Part shown: positions 30,120-39,042 of the stretch, piece after piece | Layout of the letters: each line of letters starts with the position of its first letter | How positions within the stretch are numbered: position 1 is the stretch's first letter | From: Bythopirellula sp. | GTDB lineage: Bacteria > Planctomycetota > Planctomycetia > Pirellulales > Lacipirellulaceae | DNA: 64,000 nt | Direction: 5' to 3' | NCBI GenBank assembly: GCA_965216565.1 | Contig: OZ244170.1 | Location: 576,001-640,000, forward strand | The notes under the pieces: generated by a model | The model's input: only the letters and a program-made list of their open reading frames with translations | Database searches by the model: none | Told to the model about the DNA's origin: nothing | Made by a program: the position numbers and the translations under genes

Positions 30120-30265
30120 GGCTAGAATTAGAATCGGGCGTTGCGTCAATTGAAAACAGTTCATCTGTTGCCACCCTAATAGATTGCCTAATAGAACCTC
30201 TGCAAGCGATTCTCGATGCAACTGGCATGGTTGCTCCTGAGGAGGTGTAGCATGCACGACCCAGA

Positions 30266-30304
30266 AAGAGTACCTTGACATCCTGTTGAGGTGATCCGTA
30301 CACT
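30266..30304 (+). promoter_or_regulatory. Operator-like 22-mer, copy 2, overlapping the sigma-70 promoter of the nap operon
   Basis: AAGAGTA-CCTTGACA-TCCTGTT (30266-30287); TTGACA-N18-TACACT. Confidence 0.65.
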
Positions 30305-30441
30305 ATTTGAATGTAAGTTCAGTCTCCAGAAATAGTTAAGTTGTTTCTATGCATGGTGGCCCTAGTTTCATCGCAATACTATCAATAACGACACTGTGGG
30401 CTAGATATTTCAGCTACGAACAAGCCGAGGATTAGCATCCA

Positions 30442-31134
30442 ATGATTCGCGGGGCTGCAAATGTGCATGGGCTCTATCTGGCGATTGGCATGCTAGCGGT
30501 TTGTTCAGGTGCCAGCTGGGTCTTCTACTCCATTTTCGCAGCCAATTCAGAGAATGAGATGCCGACTGGCTATCGGCCAAATGATTCCGCAGTGCTGACG
30601 GAGCAGGTCGAAGCCCCGAGCAAGCAATCCAAATTCCAAATCATAATTCGCAAGCCAGATGGACCACCTCGAATTGATTTAGGGATGATCGATTCAAATG
30701 GTGAGCCCGTGACGGGTGCCTGCTCCACTTGCCATACAACTCGACCTGCGGATCAGGCGAACCGTTCGGTTGCCGATCTCACTGAGTTTCACCAAGAACT
30801 TACCTTTACTCATGGCAACGTAAGTTGCCTCTCTTGTCACAATCCAGAAAACTACGATACGCTGCGGCTAGCAGACGGTAGCGCGGTCGAGTATGCCGAA
30901 GTCATGACGCTTTGCGCCCAGTGCCATGGTCCCCAAACTCGCGACTATCATCATGGTGCCCATGGTGGGATGAACGGCTATTGGGATCTCTCTCTAGGTC
31001 CACGCACTCGCAACAATTGTGTAGATTGCCACGCCCCTCATGCTCCAAGTTTTCCAGCAATGCAGCCAACTTTCAAACCACGCGATCGCTTTCTCACGGC
31101 TGACGATGAGATCGGAACTAAGAGCCATGAGTGA
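30442..31134 (+). CDS. Membrane-anchored or exported tetraheme c-type cytochrome
   Basis: N-terminal hydrophobic segment; CSTCH, CLSCH, CAQCH, CVDCH. Confidence 0.88.
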   Translation: MIRGAANVHGLYLAIGMLAVCSGASWVFYSIFAANSENEMPTGYRPNDSAVLTEQVEAPSKQSKFQIIIRKPDGPPRIDLGMIDSNGEPVTGACSTCHTTRPADQANRSVADLTEFHQELTFTHGNVSCLSCHNPENYDTLRLADGSAVEYAEVMTLCAQCHGPQTRDYHHGAHGGMNGYWDLSLGPRTRNNCVDCHAPHAPSFPAMQPTFKPRDRFLTADDEIGTKSHE

Positions 31135-32107
31135 AAAACAGCCCAATGATGCTCAGAATGCAGCACCGGTCCAGAGTGATGTTCCATTGCTGCCAATTAT
31201 AAACAACGGCTCCTCGACCCGGCGGAATGTCATGAAAGGTGTGGGGCTAACGCTTGGGCTGGCAGCCTTTGGCAAAGCCATCTCGCCATTGGCAACGATT
31301 CCTGAAAATGTTTCGGTCGACGAGTTTCTCCAGCAGCACTACAAAGAACTGACAGAAGAGGAAAAGCAAGAAGTTCTGGCTCGACTAGAATCTGAGACAA
31401 AAGAGAACTACGACGCAGATGTTACCATCACCGATCATCGACCAATTCCCGGTGTGAAGTTCGGCTATGCCATCAATCTCAGCAAATGCAATGGCAACGG
31501 CAAATGTGTTGAGGCCTGTCATCAGGAAAACAACCATGATCGCTCGACAGACGAATCGTACATTCGAGTCCTTGAAATGGATAAAGGTTCGATGGATATG
31601 GAAACGGGCAATACGACGTACGATCACACCGTGCCACAGGACGACAAGTTCTATATGCCGGTGCAGTGCCAACAGTGCGACAATCCTCCTTGTGTGACGG
31701 TCTGCCCTGTCGAAGCGACTTGGAAAGAAGAAGATGGCATCGTGGTCGTCGACTACAACTGGTGCATTGGGTGTCGTTACTGTGAGGCTGCCTGCCCCTA
31801 CCATGCACGTCGGTTCAACTGGGAACAACCGACAATCCCCGCGGAAGAGGTCAATCAGGACCAAAGTTACCTCTCCAACCGCATTCGGCCCCAAGGAGTG
31901 ATGGAGAAGTGCCATTTCTGTTTGCACAGAACCCGCGAAGGTCGGCTACCCGCTTGCTTAGAGGCTTGCCCTACTGGGGCTCGTGTTTTTGGAGATTTGA
32001 ATGACCCTGAGTCGGACATCGTCTGGATTCTAAAGAATAAACGCGTGTTCTTACTCAAAGAGGAATTGGGCACTCAACCGAGCTTCTTTTACTTTTTTGA
32101 TAGCTAA
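31127..32107 (+). CDS. NrfC/DmsB/DsrO-like iron-sulfur protein with Tat-type signal
   Basis: TRRNVMK plus h-region; CNGNGKCVEAC, CQQCDNPPCVTVCP, CIGCRYCEAACP, CHFC...CLEACP; ATG at 31127 overlaps the upstream stop. Confidence 0.9.
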   Translation: MSEKQPNDAQNAAPVQSDVPLLPIINNGSSTRRNVMKGVGLTLGLAAFGKAISPLATIPENVSVDEFLQQHYKELTEEEKQEVLARLESETKENYDADVTITDHRPIPGVKFGYAINLSKCNGNGKCVEACHQENNHDRSTDESYIRVLEMDKGSMDMETGNTTYDHTVPQDDKFYMPVQCQQCDNPPCVTVCPVEATWKEEDGIVVVDYNWCIGCRYCEAACPYHARRFNWEQPTIPAEEVNQDQSYLSNRIRPQGVMEKCHFCLHRTREGRLPACLEACPTGARVFGDLNDPESDIVWILKNKRVFLLKEELGTQPSFFYFFDS

Positions 32108-32122
32108 GTAACCCCCATCAAC

Positions 32123-33412
32123 ATGGCTTTGCCTCACATTACTCATGCCAGTTCGCCACAGTCTGCTCAGCAGCATGATCTGCAAATGCGCAACTATCCG
32201 CGATTCTTGTTGCGGTTGCTGGGTGTGGCCACCGATGGGAGTATTTGGTTTTATGCTTGGATGTTCGCGCTCACAGCCATCTTCTTGGTTGGTGCCAACG
32301 CCTGGGCCGTCCAAGTCGCGGATGGCATGATCGTCACTCACATGACGGATCACGTGAGCTGGGGGCTATACATTGCCAACTTTACATTCGCCGTAGGTGT
32401 TGCTGCCGGGGGAGTGATGATGGTCATCCCTGCCTATCTCTATCACAACAAGAAAATGCACGATGTGGTTATCGTTGGCGAGTTGCTCGCGATTGCCGCG
32501 ATTGTCATGTGCCTGATGTTCGTAACCGCGGACTTAGGACGTCCAGAGCGGTTCTGGCATATGATACCCGGCATAGGGCGATTCAATTTCCCCTTCTCCA
32601 TGCTTACTTGGGATGTATTAGTTCTTAACGGTTATCTGCTGCTTAATCTACACATCTGCGGCTATCTGTTGTACATGCGGTATTTAGGGCGACGCCCAAA
32701 TCCTCGTTGGTATGTGCCATTCGTAATGCTCTCGATCTTCTGGGCCATATCTATTCATACCGTGACTGCATTTCTCTATTGCGGATTGGGGGGCAGGCCA
32801 TTTTGGAATAGCGCATTGCTCGCGCCAAGGTTCTTAGCGAGCGCCTTCGTTTCCGGACCAGCATTTATCATTGTTACGCTATTGATCCTCAGACGCATTT
32901 TGGGGAAACGTATTTCTAACGAACCGATCCGAGTTCTCGTCAACATTGTCCGCGTGACGATAGTGGTCAACCTGATCATGGTTGTGTCAGAAGTCTTTAC
33001 GGAATTCTATTCTGGTGGGAGCCATACCGCTTCAGCCCGGTATTTGTTTTTAGGGCTTCATGGACATGACGCTTTAGTACCATGGATGTGGACTGCCATT
33101 GTTGGCAACATTCTTGCTGCCGGTTTGTTTCTCTCGCCGTTGGTTCTTCGTCGAGCCACCATCTTAGTTGTTGCCTGCGGCCTTGCTTTTGTCGCTGCTT
33201 GGATTGAAAAGGGCATGGGATTGATCGTGCCTGGGTTCGTCCCTAGCACCTTGCACGAAATTGTCGAGTATCAACCAAGCTTGATGGAATGGAAGGTTAC
33301 TGCAGGCGTTTGGGCGTTTGGGCTGATGATTTACACAATCGGGCTAAAGGCCGCGGTGAATGTGTTTGTGGTAAGCCCAGAACAGGCGCTGGAGAATTTT
33401 TCAAATGATTAG
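32123..33412 (+). CDS. NrfD/PsrC/DsrP-family integral membrane quinol-interacting subunit
   Basis: WGLYIANFTF, DLGRPERFWH, SIHTVTAFL, APRFLASAF; about ten TM segments. Confidence 0.9.
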   Translation: MALPHITHASSPQSAQQHDLQMRNYPRFLLRLLGVATDGSIWFYAWMFALTAIFLVGANAWAVQVADGMIVTHMTDHVSWGLYIANFTFAVGVAAGGVMMVIPAYLYHNKKMHDVVIVGELLAIAAIVMCLMFVTADLGRPERFWHMIPGIGRFNFPFSMLTWDVLVLNGYLLLNLHICGYLLYMRYLGRRPNPRWYVPFVMLSIFWAISIHTVTAFLYCGLGGRPFWNSALLAPRFLASAFVSGPAFIIVTLLILRRILGKRISNEPIRVLVNIVRVTIVVNLIMVVSEVFTEFYSGGSHTASARYLFLGLHGHDALVPWMWTAIVGNILAAGLFLSPLVLRRATILVVACGLAFVAAWIEKGMGLIVPGFVPSTLHEIVEYQPSLMEWKVTAGVWAFGLMIYTIGLKAAVNVFVVSPEQALENFSND

Positions 33413-33689
33413 CGGACTAGTAGTGACCCTGAGTTCAGAAGCTGAACTATCAGAATCAGCAATACGCTCAATTCAGCAGCAGCCAGCTCTCGAAGTCGGT
33501 CCTCAAGATCAACGACGTCTACCTCTGGTGCTGGAAACGAACAGTCACACGGAGTCTCAGGAAATCACCGACTGGCTCACTAGTCTGCCGGGAATCGAGT
33601 TTGTCGACGTAGCATTTGTTCATTTGGATGATGTCCAGGATGACGTACTGATAGACGCACCGCCTCAAACAGTAATAAATCGCAGTTGA
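33405..33689 (+). CDS. napD: NapD-like chaperone
   Basis: ISGLVV...LVLET...LPGIEFVDVAF; immediately upstream of napA. Confidence 0.75.
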   Translation: MISGLVVTLSSEAELSESAIRSIQQQPALEVGPQDQRRLPLVLETNSHTESQEITDWLTSLPGIEFVDVAFVHLDDVQDDVLIDAPPQTVINRS

Positions 33690-33699
33690 GAATCTGATC

Positions 33700-36090
33700 A
33701 TGCAACAGAACCGCCGCAGTTTTATACGCTCTACGGCTATGAGTGCCGCCACAGCGATTGCCTCTGGCACGGGAACCTTTTCGTTACCCATCCTCAATGC
33801 TTCTGAGGCTTCTTCGATCGAGTGGAACAAAGCGCCCTGCCGATTCTGCGGCACAGGTTGCCACGTTCAGGTAGGAGTCCAGCAAGGGCGTGTTGTTGCA
33901 GTTGCGGGCGATCAAGATGCTGAGGTGAATCAAGGCCTGCTGTGCGTCAAAGGTTACCATGTTGGCTCGGCCCTCTATGGTGAAGATCGATTGACGCAGC
34001 CTCTACTCCGACGTGGAGACAAATACGAAGCTATCTCATGGGATCAAGCTCTAGAGGTGATAGCGGATAGAATCGAAGGAGCACCGGAGCGTTTTGCCTT
34101 TTATGGATCGGGGCAGTGGACCATTCCCGAAGGCTACATTGCGCAAAAGTTCATGAAGGGAGGATTGGCCAACAACCATATCGACCCCAATGCGCGACTC
34201 TGTATGGCGTCGGCAGTTACCGGATTCTTGGCTACATACGGCGTTGATGAACCAGCCGGGTGTTACGACGATCTCGATAAGTGCGACGTATTGATTATGT
34301 GGGGCAACAACCCGGCCGAAATGCACCCGGTGCTATTCTCTCGGGTAGTTGATCGTCGCTCACGTGGCGAACAGGTCGAGTTGATCGATATTGGTACTCG
34401 TCGAACACGCACCACAGAACAATGCCAGCACTATCTGGAAATGAAGGGTCACGGCGACGTTGCCATTGCCCTGGGGATTGCCCATCTACTGATCAAGGAG
34501 AACACCTACGACCATAGATTTGTCGAGTCTTTTTGCAACTTTAAGGCACCTGATCCTGATAACCCCAATTTGCATGGTAAGTCGATTACATTCGACGAGT
34601 ACAGACAAAGTTTGGAATCTTACACTCCGGAACATGTCGAAAAACTGTCCGGGGTGCCTGCCGACAAGATTCGCATGCTGGCCAAGTTATTTGGGAATCC
34701 TGACCTCAGAATTACTTCGCTGTGGTGCATGGGCATGAACCAACACACGATGGGCACTGCGGTCAACTCCTTGGTCCATGGTGTCCATTTACTTAGCGGG
34801 CACTTTGGAAGGGCGGGCGATGCACCAACTAGCTTGACAGGGCAGCCATCGGCCTGCGGTACGGTGCGAGAGGTCGGCACGCTAGCTCATGCGTTACCTG
34901 GTGGGCGATTGGTTGCCAAGCCAGAACATCGACAGCAGTGTGAAGCTTATTGGAATCTTCCCGCGGGTAAGATCAATCCTCGCCCAGGCTATCACACCGT
35001 GAAGATGTGGGAACAGTTCTGCACGTCAAGCTCCGAGGGTGGCGATATTGACACGATCTGGGTGCAAGTCACGAACCCCGGTCAGACTTTGCCGAATCTC
35101 CACAAACTATTTAACGCCAAAGAGGGGCTCGAAAATAAGTTCTTGATCGTCTCCGATGTCTATCCAACTGCCACGACAAGATTGGCTGATTTAATATTGC
35201 CTTCCGCTATGTGGGTAGAAAAAAACGGGATGGTAGGAAACTCAGAACGCCGTACACAGCAATGGTTCAAAATGGTGGAGCCACCCGGGGATGCACGCGA
35301 CGACGTATGGCAAACCTTGGCTGTGGCTCGCCGACTATTCGAGCGTGGTTTTGCTGGAATGCAAGACAAAGAGGGTAGTTTTCTCTTTGAAGTCTTTGAC
35401 GAATTCGGATCTGTGGTGCCCGCCTGGCGGTGGGAGAATTTCTATGATGTAAATGTCGACAAGCATCTGTTCGAAGAGTATCGGCAATTCACGCGTCTGA
35501 AACATAAAGACTTAGCTCCGTACGAAGAGTACGTCAAAGCGCGAGGGATGCGTTGGCCAGTCGTTGAACAACCCAACGGCACTTGGGAGGAGACCCGATT
35601 CCGATTTGTTGAAGGCGAAGATCCCTATGTCGAGACTGGGGCTGACATTCAATTCTACCATTCTTCGACCAACGACAATCGCGCACAGCTATGGTTTCAT
35701 CCTTACGAGCCTCCTGCTGAGTTGCCGGACGAGACTTATCCGTTGATGATGACCACCGGTAGGGTGTTGGAACATTGGCACTCAGGCTCAATGACTCGTA
35801 GGATACCAGAGTTAAGCGGGGCGATGCCTGCCGCTTATGTTGAAATGAATCCAGAAGATGCCAGGCAACGCAATGTCAACAACGGCGATCTCGTCACTAT
35901 TCGGTCTCGTCGTGGCGAAATGCAAATAACGGCTTGGATCAACGGACGTGGTCGTCCACCCCGTGGCACCGTCTTTGTGCCGTTCTTTGATGAGACGCTC
36001 CTGATTAACGAATTGACTCTGGATGCACTTGATCCATTTTCTAAACAGCCCGATTACAAGAAGACTGCCGTTGAGATTGTGAGGGTCTAG
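33700..36090 (+). CDS. napA: Periplasmic nitrate reductase catalytic subunit
   Basis: Tat NRRSFIR; CRFCGTGC...LCVKG [4Fe-4S]; NARLCMASA Mo ligand; SLTGQPSACGT; TGRVLEHWHSGSMT; DPFSKQPDYKK. Confidence 0.96.
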   Translation: MQQNRRSFIRSTAMSAATAIASGTGTFSLPILNASEASSIEWNKAPCRFCGTGCHVQVGVQQGRVVAVAGDQDAEVNQGLLCVKGYHVGSALYGEDRLTQPLLRRGDKYEAISWDQALEVIADRIEGAPERFAFYGSGQWTIPEGYIAQKFMKGGLANNHIDPNARLCMASAVTGFLATYGVDEPAGCYDDLDKCDVLIMWGNNPAEMHPVLFSRVVDRRSRGEQVELIDIGTRRTRTTEQCQHYLEMKGHGDVAIALGIAHLLIKENTYDHRFVESFCNFKAPDPDNPNLHGKSITFDEYRQSLESYTPEHVEKLSGVPADKIRMLAKLFGNPDLRITSLWCMGMNQHTMGTAVNSLVHGVHLLSGHFGRAGDAPTSLTGQPSACGTVREVGTLAHALPGGRLVAKPEHRQQCEAYWNLPAGKINPRPGYHTVKMWEQFCTSSSEGGDIDTIWVQVTNPGQTLPNLHKLFNAKEGLENKFLIVSDVYPTATTRLADLILPSAMWVEKNGMVGNSERRTQQWFKMVEPPGDARDDVWQTLAVARRLFERGFAGMQDKEGSFLFEVFDEFGSVVPAWRWENFYDVNVDKHLFEEYRQFTRLKHKDLAPYEEYVKARGMRWPVVEQPNGTWEETRFRFVEGEDPYVETGADIQFYHSSTNDNRAQLWFHPYEPPAELPDETYPLMMTTGRVLEHWHSGSMTRRIPELSGAMPAAYVEMNPEDARQRNVNNGDLVTIRSRRGEMQITAWINGRGRPPRGTVFVPFFDETLLINELTLDALDPFSKQPDYKKTAVEIVRV

Positions 36091-36117
36091 TCCGCTGATT
36101 TTCTGTAGAAGTCCAAG

Positions 36118-36972
36118 ATGCCCGTAGATTTGAAAGAAGCTCCAGCCCAACATCACACCGCTCGGCAATCTCCCGAGTCGATGGGGTTTGTGCGGCGATA
36201 CACCGCCCTCATCGCGTCTGTGCTGTTTGGTGCTGCCACCACTGGTTATTTTTTAGGGCTGACGTCTCCTATGACTGCCAACAAGGAGCGTGTAGCTCCC
36301 GTGAGCTCTGCCACACGCACAGAGGTGGAAGTCTATGCTGATCGTAAAGTGATTCCGGCTACCGCGTATGCAGACATGGCGAAATATGTTCGAGGGTCAA
36401 CTCAGAGGGAATCAATGCAACTCGCCAACTTGCGTCAGGAGCCATACGACTTGTTTGCAAACAGGACCATTGATGAAGCAGAGAAGTCTAAATCATTGGC
36501 TCAACGCGAAACACGCCGCGCCTACGATGGAGCTCCTCCGACCGTTCCTCATCCTGCAGACCAGCTCAGCTCAGCTGCTTGCATGGCTTGCCACGGTGAG
36601 GGCCTGAAGAGTAAGAGTCTTCGAGCAGGAAAGATGCCACATCCCTATTATGCTAATTGTATGCAGTGTCACGTCGAGCAGGACGGAGACTTTACCATTG
36701 CGTCGGCAGACTTTGAAAACACTTTTGTTGGCGTCACAGCTCCGACTAGCGGCAGTCGTGCCTATCCGGGAGCTCCGCCAGTCATTCCACACAGCACTTG
36801 GATGCGAAGCGACTGCTTGAGCTGTCATGGTCGCACTTCAGCTCCTGGTATGGAGTCAACACATCCCTGGCGCACCAATTGTTTGCAATGTCATGTGGAG
36901 TCTTCCATGCTGAACCAAAATCCGCAGACAAATCCCCCTTTGTTTCTGCCTGCCCCGGAGATCGTGAGATAG
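36118..36972 (+). CDS. napB: NapB-like cytochrome with two tandem NapB-type units (four hemes)
   Basis: RAYDGAPPTVPH..CMACH..H..CMQCHV and RAYPGAPPVIPH..CLSCH..H..CLQCHV; N-terminal TM segment. Confidence 0.85.
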   Translation: MPVDLKEAPAQHHTARQSPESMGFVRRYTALIASVLFGAATTGYFLGLTSPMTANKERVAPVSSATRTEVEVYADRKVIPATAYADMAKYVRGSTQRESMQLANLRQEPYDLFANRTIDEAEKSKSLAQRETRRAYDGAPPTVPHPADQLSSAACMACHGEGLKSKSLRAGKMPHPYYANCMQCHVEQDGDFTIASADFENTFVGVTAPTSGSRAYPGAPPVIPHSTWMRSDCLSCHGRTSAPGMESTHPWRTNCLQCHVESSMLNQNPQTNPPLFLPAPEIVR

Positions 36973-36974
36973 CT

Positions 36975-37409
36975 ATGAGCAACGAGAAACCACAACTCTC
37001 ACGTCGTGATTGGTTCCGGCTGGGTAAGTCTGCCTCTCGACGACCCAACCAGAAGAGATTGGGTAGCAAGCAGCCTGCGGGAATGCATTCAGTCGCTGAA
37101 CCCGTGAATCATGGTGGAGTCGATCTCTCGACGTTACCTCCAATGCACGAAGCAATACTTGACTCGCAGGATGTTACATCATTATTTGCCGACATCGAGC
37201 AGCATGGCTCCGACATAACATTGATTTTCCGTCGGGCAGCCGGGAATGCACCCGATCAAACTGATAAGCTCAAGATAGCACTAAACCAAATTCTCAATGG
37301 AAACGTCCGTAAATTGCAAATTCGCTACCATTGGGAAAATGCAAATTGGATCGACACACTAGAAACCCAGTCTAACGGATTCCGTCTGGTTCGAATCCAG
37401 CATGGTTAG
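36975..37409 (+). CDS. Hypothetical protein ending the nap operon
   Basis: ATG 2 nt after the napB stop; SRRDWFRL motif without hydrophobic region. Confidence 0.7.
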   Translation: MSNEKPQLSRRDWFRLGKSASRRPNQKRLGSKQPAGMHSVAEPVNHGGVDLSTLPPMHEAILDSQDVTSLFADIEQHGSDITLIFRRAAGNAPDQTDKLKIALNQILNGNVRKLQIRYHWENANWIDTLETQSNGFRLVRIQHG

Positions 37410-37582
37410 AAATAGAACACTCATCTATCTAGATTGCCGCAGTTTTTAGTCCCACATGCCCACCTCTCTCTGTTTGCTACAGAATTTGTACGACTAACTC
37501 GCCGCACTCAGGCTGAAGAGTGTTTGGCAGATAAATGACGGAAGCAAACCTTTTTTTACACTTGGAAGAATTCGAGCATTCA

Positions 37583-37604
37583 AACAGTACCTTGACATAC
37601 TGTT
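37583..37604 (+). promoter_or_regulatory. Operator-like 22-mer, copy 3 (perfect arms), on the -35 box of the globin operon
   Basis: AACAGTA-CCTTGACA-TACTGTT. Confidence 0.7.
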
Positions 37605-37693
37605 ATATTACTCCTACAAATAGAATAAGAATTAAGGCCGGTTGTTTTGCCCCCATCTCTCGCCTTTTAGAACTGTCAATAACACATAGGTAA

Positions 37694-38104
37694 TTGACTG
37701 TGTTGCCTCCAGACCTAGATTCAGTCACTCATAGCTATCATCGTTGCCTTAGTAGCGAAAGATTTCTCGATACCTTCTACGAGAAGTTTTTAGGCAAGTC
37801 AGATGAAATTGCTTCGAAGTTTCGCCTGACCGATTTTGATCGGCAGAAACGCATGTTGCGAGAATCGTTGCTAATGATGGTCATGTTCAATCGTGACCCC
37901 GAAATGCTCGAAGAGGATATGACTGCACTTGCTACGCGTCATGGTCGCCAAGGAGTTGATATTCCTGCCAGGCTCTACGCGCACTGGCTTGACGCATTGT
38001 GTGAGGCCGTAAAAGAGCACGATCCACAATATTCGGCCGATATCGGCATGAAGTGGCGGAAAGCCATGGAGCAGGGGATTAAGTTCATAATCTCGAGATA
38101 TTAA
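37694..38104 (+). CDS. Single-domain globin
   Basis: FYEKFL..S.EI..KF..TDF.RQ.RML, proximal His in RHG, LY..WLDAL, W..AM..GI. Confidence 0.82.
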   Translation: MTVLPPDLDSVTHSYHRCLSSERFLDTFYEKFLGKSDEIASKFRLTDFDRQKRMLRESLLMMVMFNRDPEMLEEDMTALATRHGRQGVDIPARLYAHWLDALCEAVKEHDPQYSADIGMKWRKAMEQGIKFIISRY

Positions 38105-38117
38105 TGTGGGGTGCACT

Positions 38118-38567
38118 ATGAAGAAAGATGCTCATTTCCATTCTGTTACTGCAACTCAAGTCGATCAGGAACACGAAGAACTCCGCGAACTACTCGGAGC
38201 AATCCACAAGAGCCTGACGACCGACAATCCCTCACCCGCTCAGGTTAGAGAACAGCTTGTAGTGTTGTGTAACAATTTGGAATCGCATTTTCAAACGGAA
38301 GAGAATGCCGGCTTTTTTACTGAGATTACCGAGAAGGCTCCTCGCCTCTGTAATCAAGCAGACAAGTTGACTCATGAGCATGAGTCAATGTTGGAAGAGG
38401 CCCGAGCACTCACAAACTTAGCGCTTCGATGTACTGAACCAGAAAGCCTCAGCAACGAAGTGCTGCCCATGTTTCATGAGTTTAGCAAGCACCTGATGCA
38501 CCATGAGAGTGAAGAAAATGAAATGATGCAGAAGGCGTACTGGGACGACATAGGATCTGGAGACTAA
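38118..38567 (+). CDS. Hemerythrin-domain protein
   Basis: EHEEL, HFQTEE, EHESM, HHESEENE His/Glu di-iron pattern. Confidence 0.85.
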   Translation: MKKDAHFHSVTATQVDQEHEELRELLGAIHKSLTTDNPSPAQVREQLVVLCNNLESHFQTEENAGFFTEITEKAPRLCNQADKLTHEHESMLEEARALTNLALRCTEPESLSNEVLPMFHEFSKHLMHHESEENEMMQKAYWDDIGSGD

Positions 38568-38577
38568 GGGGATAGTC

Positions 38578-38775
38578 ATGGCTTGTATCCATTTGCAGCA
38601 ACTCTATCAGCTATGCCAAAAGCACGACTTGCATTTCAGTAGTTCTGATCTCGTTCGTATCATTTGCAAGGAATGCGACTCTGAAGAAACGTGTCCTACA
38701 CTATTAACTGAAATTTCAATTTCCAGGAATGAAAGCGATCAATCGGAACCTCCCCACAAGGTTGAGTCACCCTAA
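38578..38775 (+). CDS. Small Cys/His-rich hypothetical protein
   Basis: MACIHL..LYQLC...CKEC...ETCP; AAGGGG RBS; closely follows the hemerythrin gene. Confidence 0.65.
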   Translation: MACIHLQQLYQLCQKHDLHFSSSDLVRIICKECDSEETCPTLLTEISISRNESDQSEPPHKVESP

Positions 38776-39042
38776 AACCGAACTTTCAAGGAGCGGAAGC
38801 GGAAGAGTTTTAGCGTCGCGGGAGAATGGAGGTAATCCGTCCTTAACGATGTCGGAAAAAGAATGTGCCGCCCTGAACTACCGCAACGAACTAATTCTTA
38901 ATGTGGGTGCGTCTAACCTCGACGTTCTTGCCAATGGCAAGATCGCCGCATTCGAATGTCCCAGTTGGTCGACCAGCAACATCGCTTTAATGTGGCCCAT
39001 TGTGGATCCCCTCTCGCCATGTTGCTGAGCTAGTAAGCTAGT

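Noticed and set aside
30083..30441. FNR box or sigma-54 promoter for the nap operon
   Set aside because: No TTGAT-N4-ATCAA found; TGGCATGGTTGC near 30223 has the wrong GG-GC spacing.
31127..33412. DsrO/DsrP similarity as evidence of sulfate reduction
   Set aside because: No dsrAB or dsrMKJ in the window; the genes are coupled to napD-napA.
37388..37398. GGTTCGAATCC matching the tRNA T-loop, as a possible attR
   Set aside because: Only 11 bp, inside a coding sequence, and it does not extend into the acceptor stem; likely chance.
38776..39042. Possible gene or remnant between the Cys-rich ORF and the ThuA-like gene (ORF 38729-39028)
   Set aside because: No recognisable motif in the frames examined; overlaps the upstream gene; unsupported.
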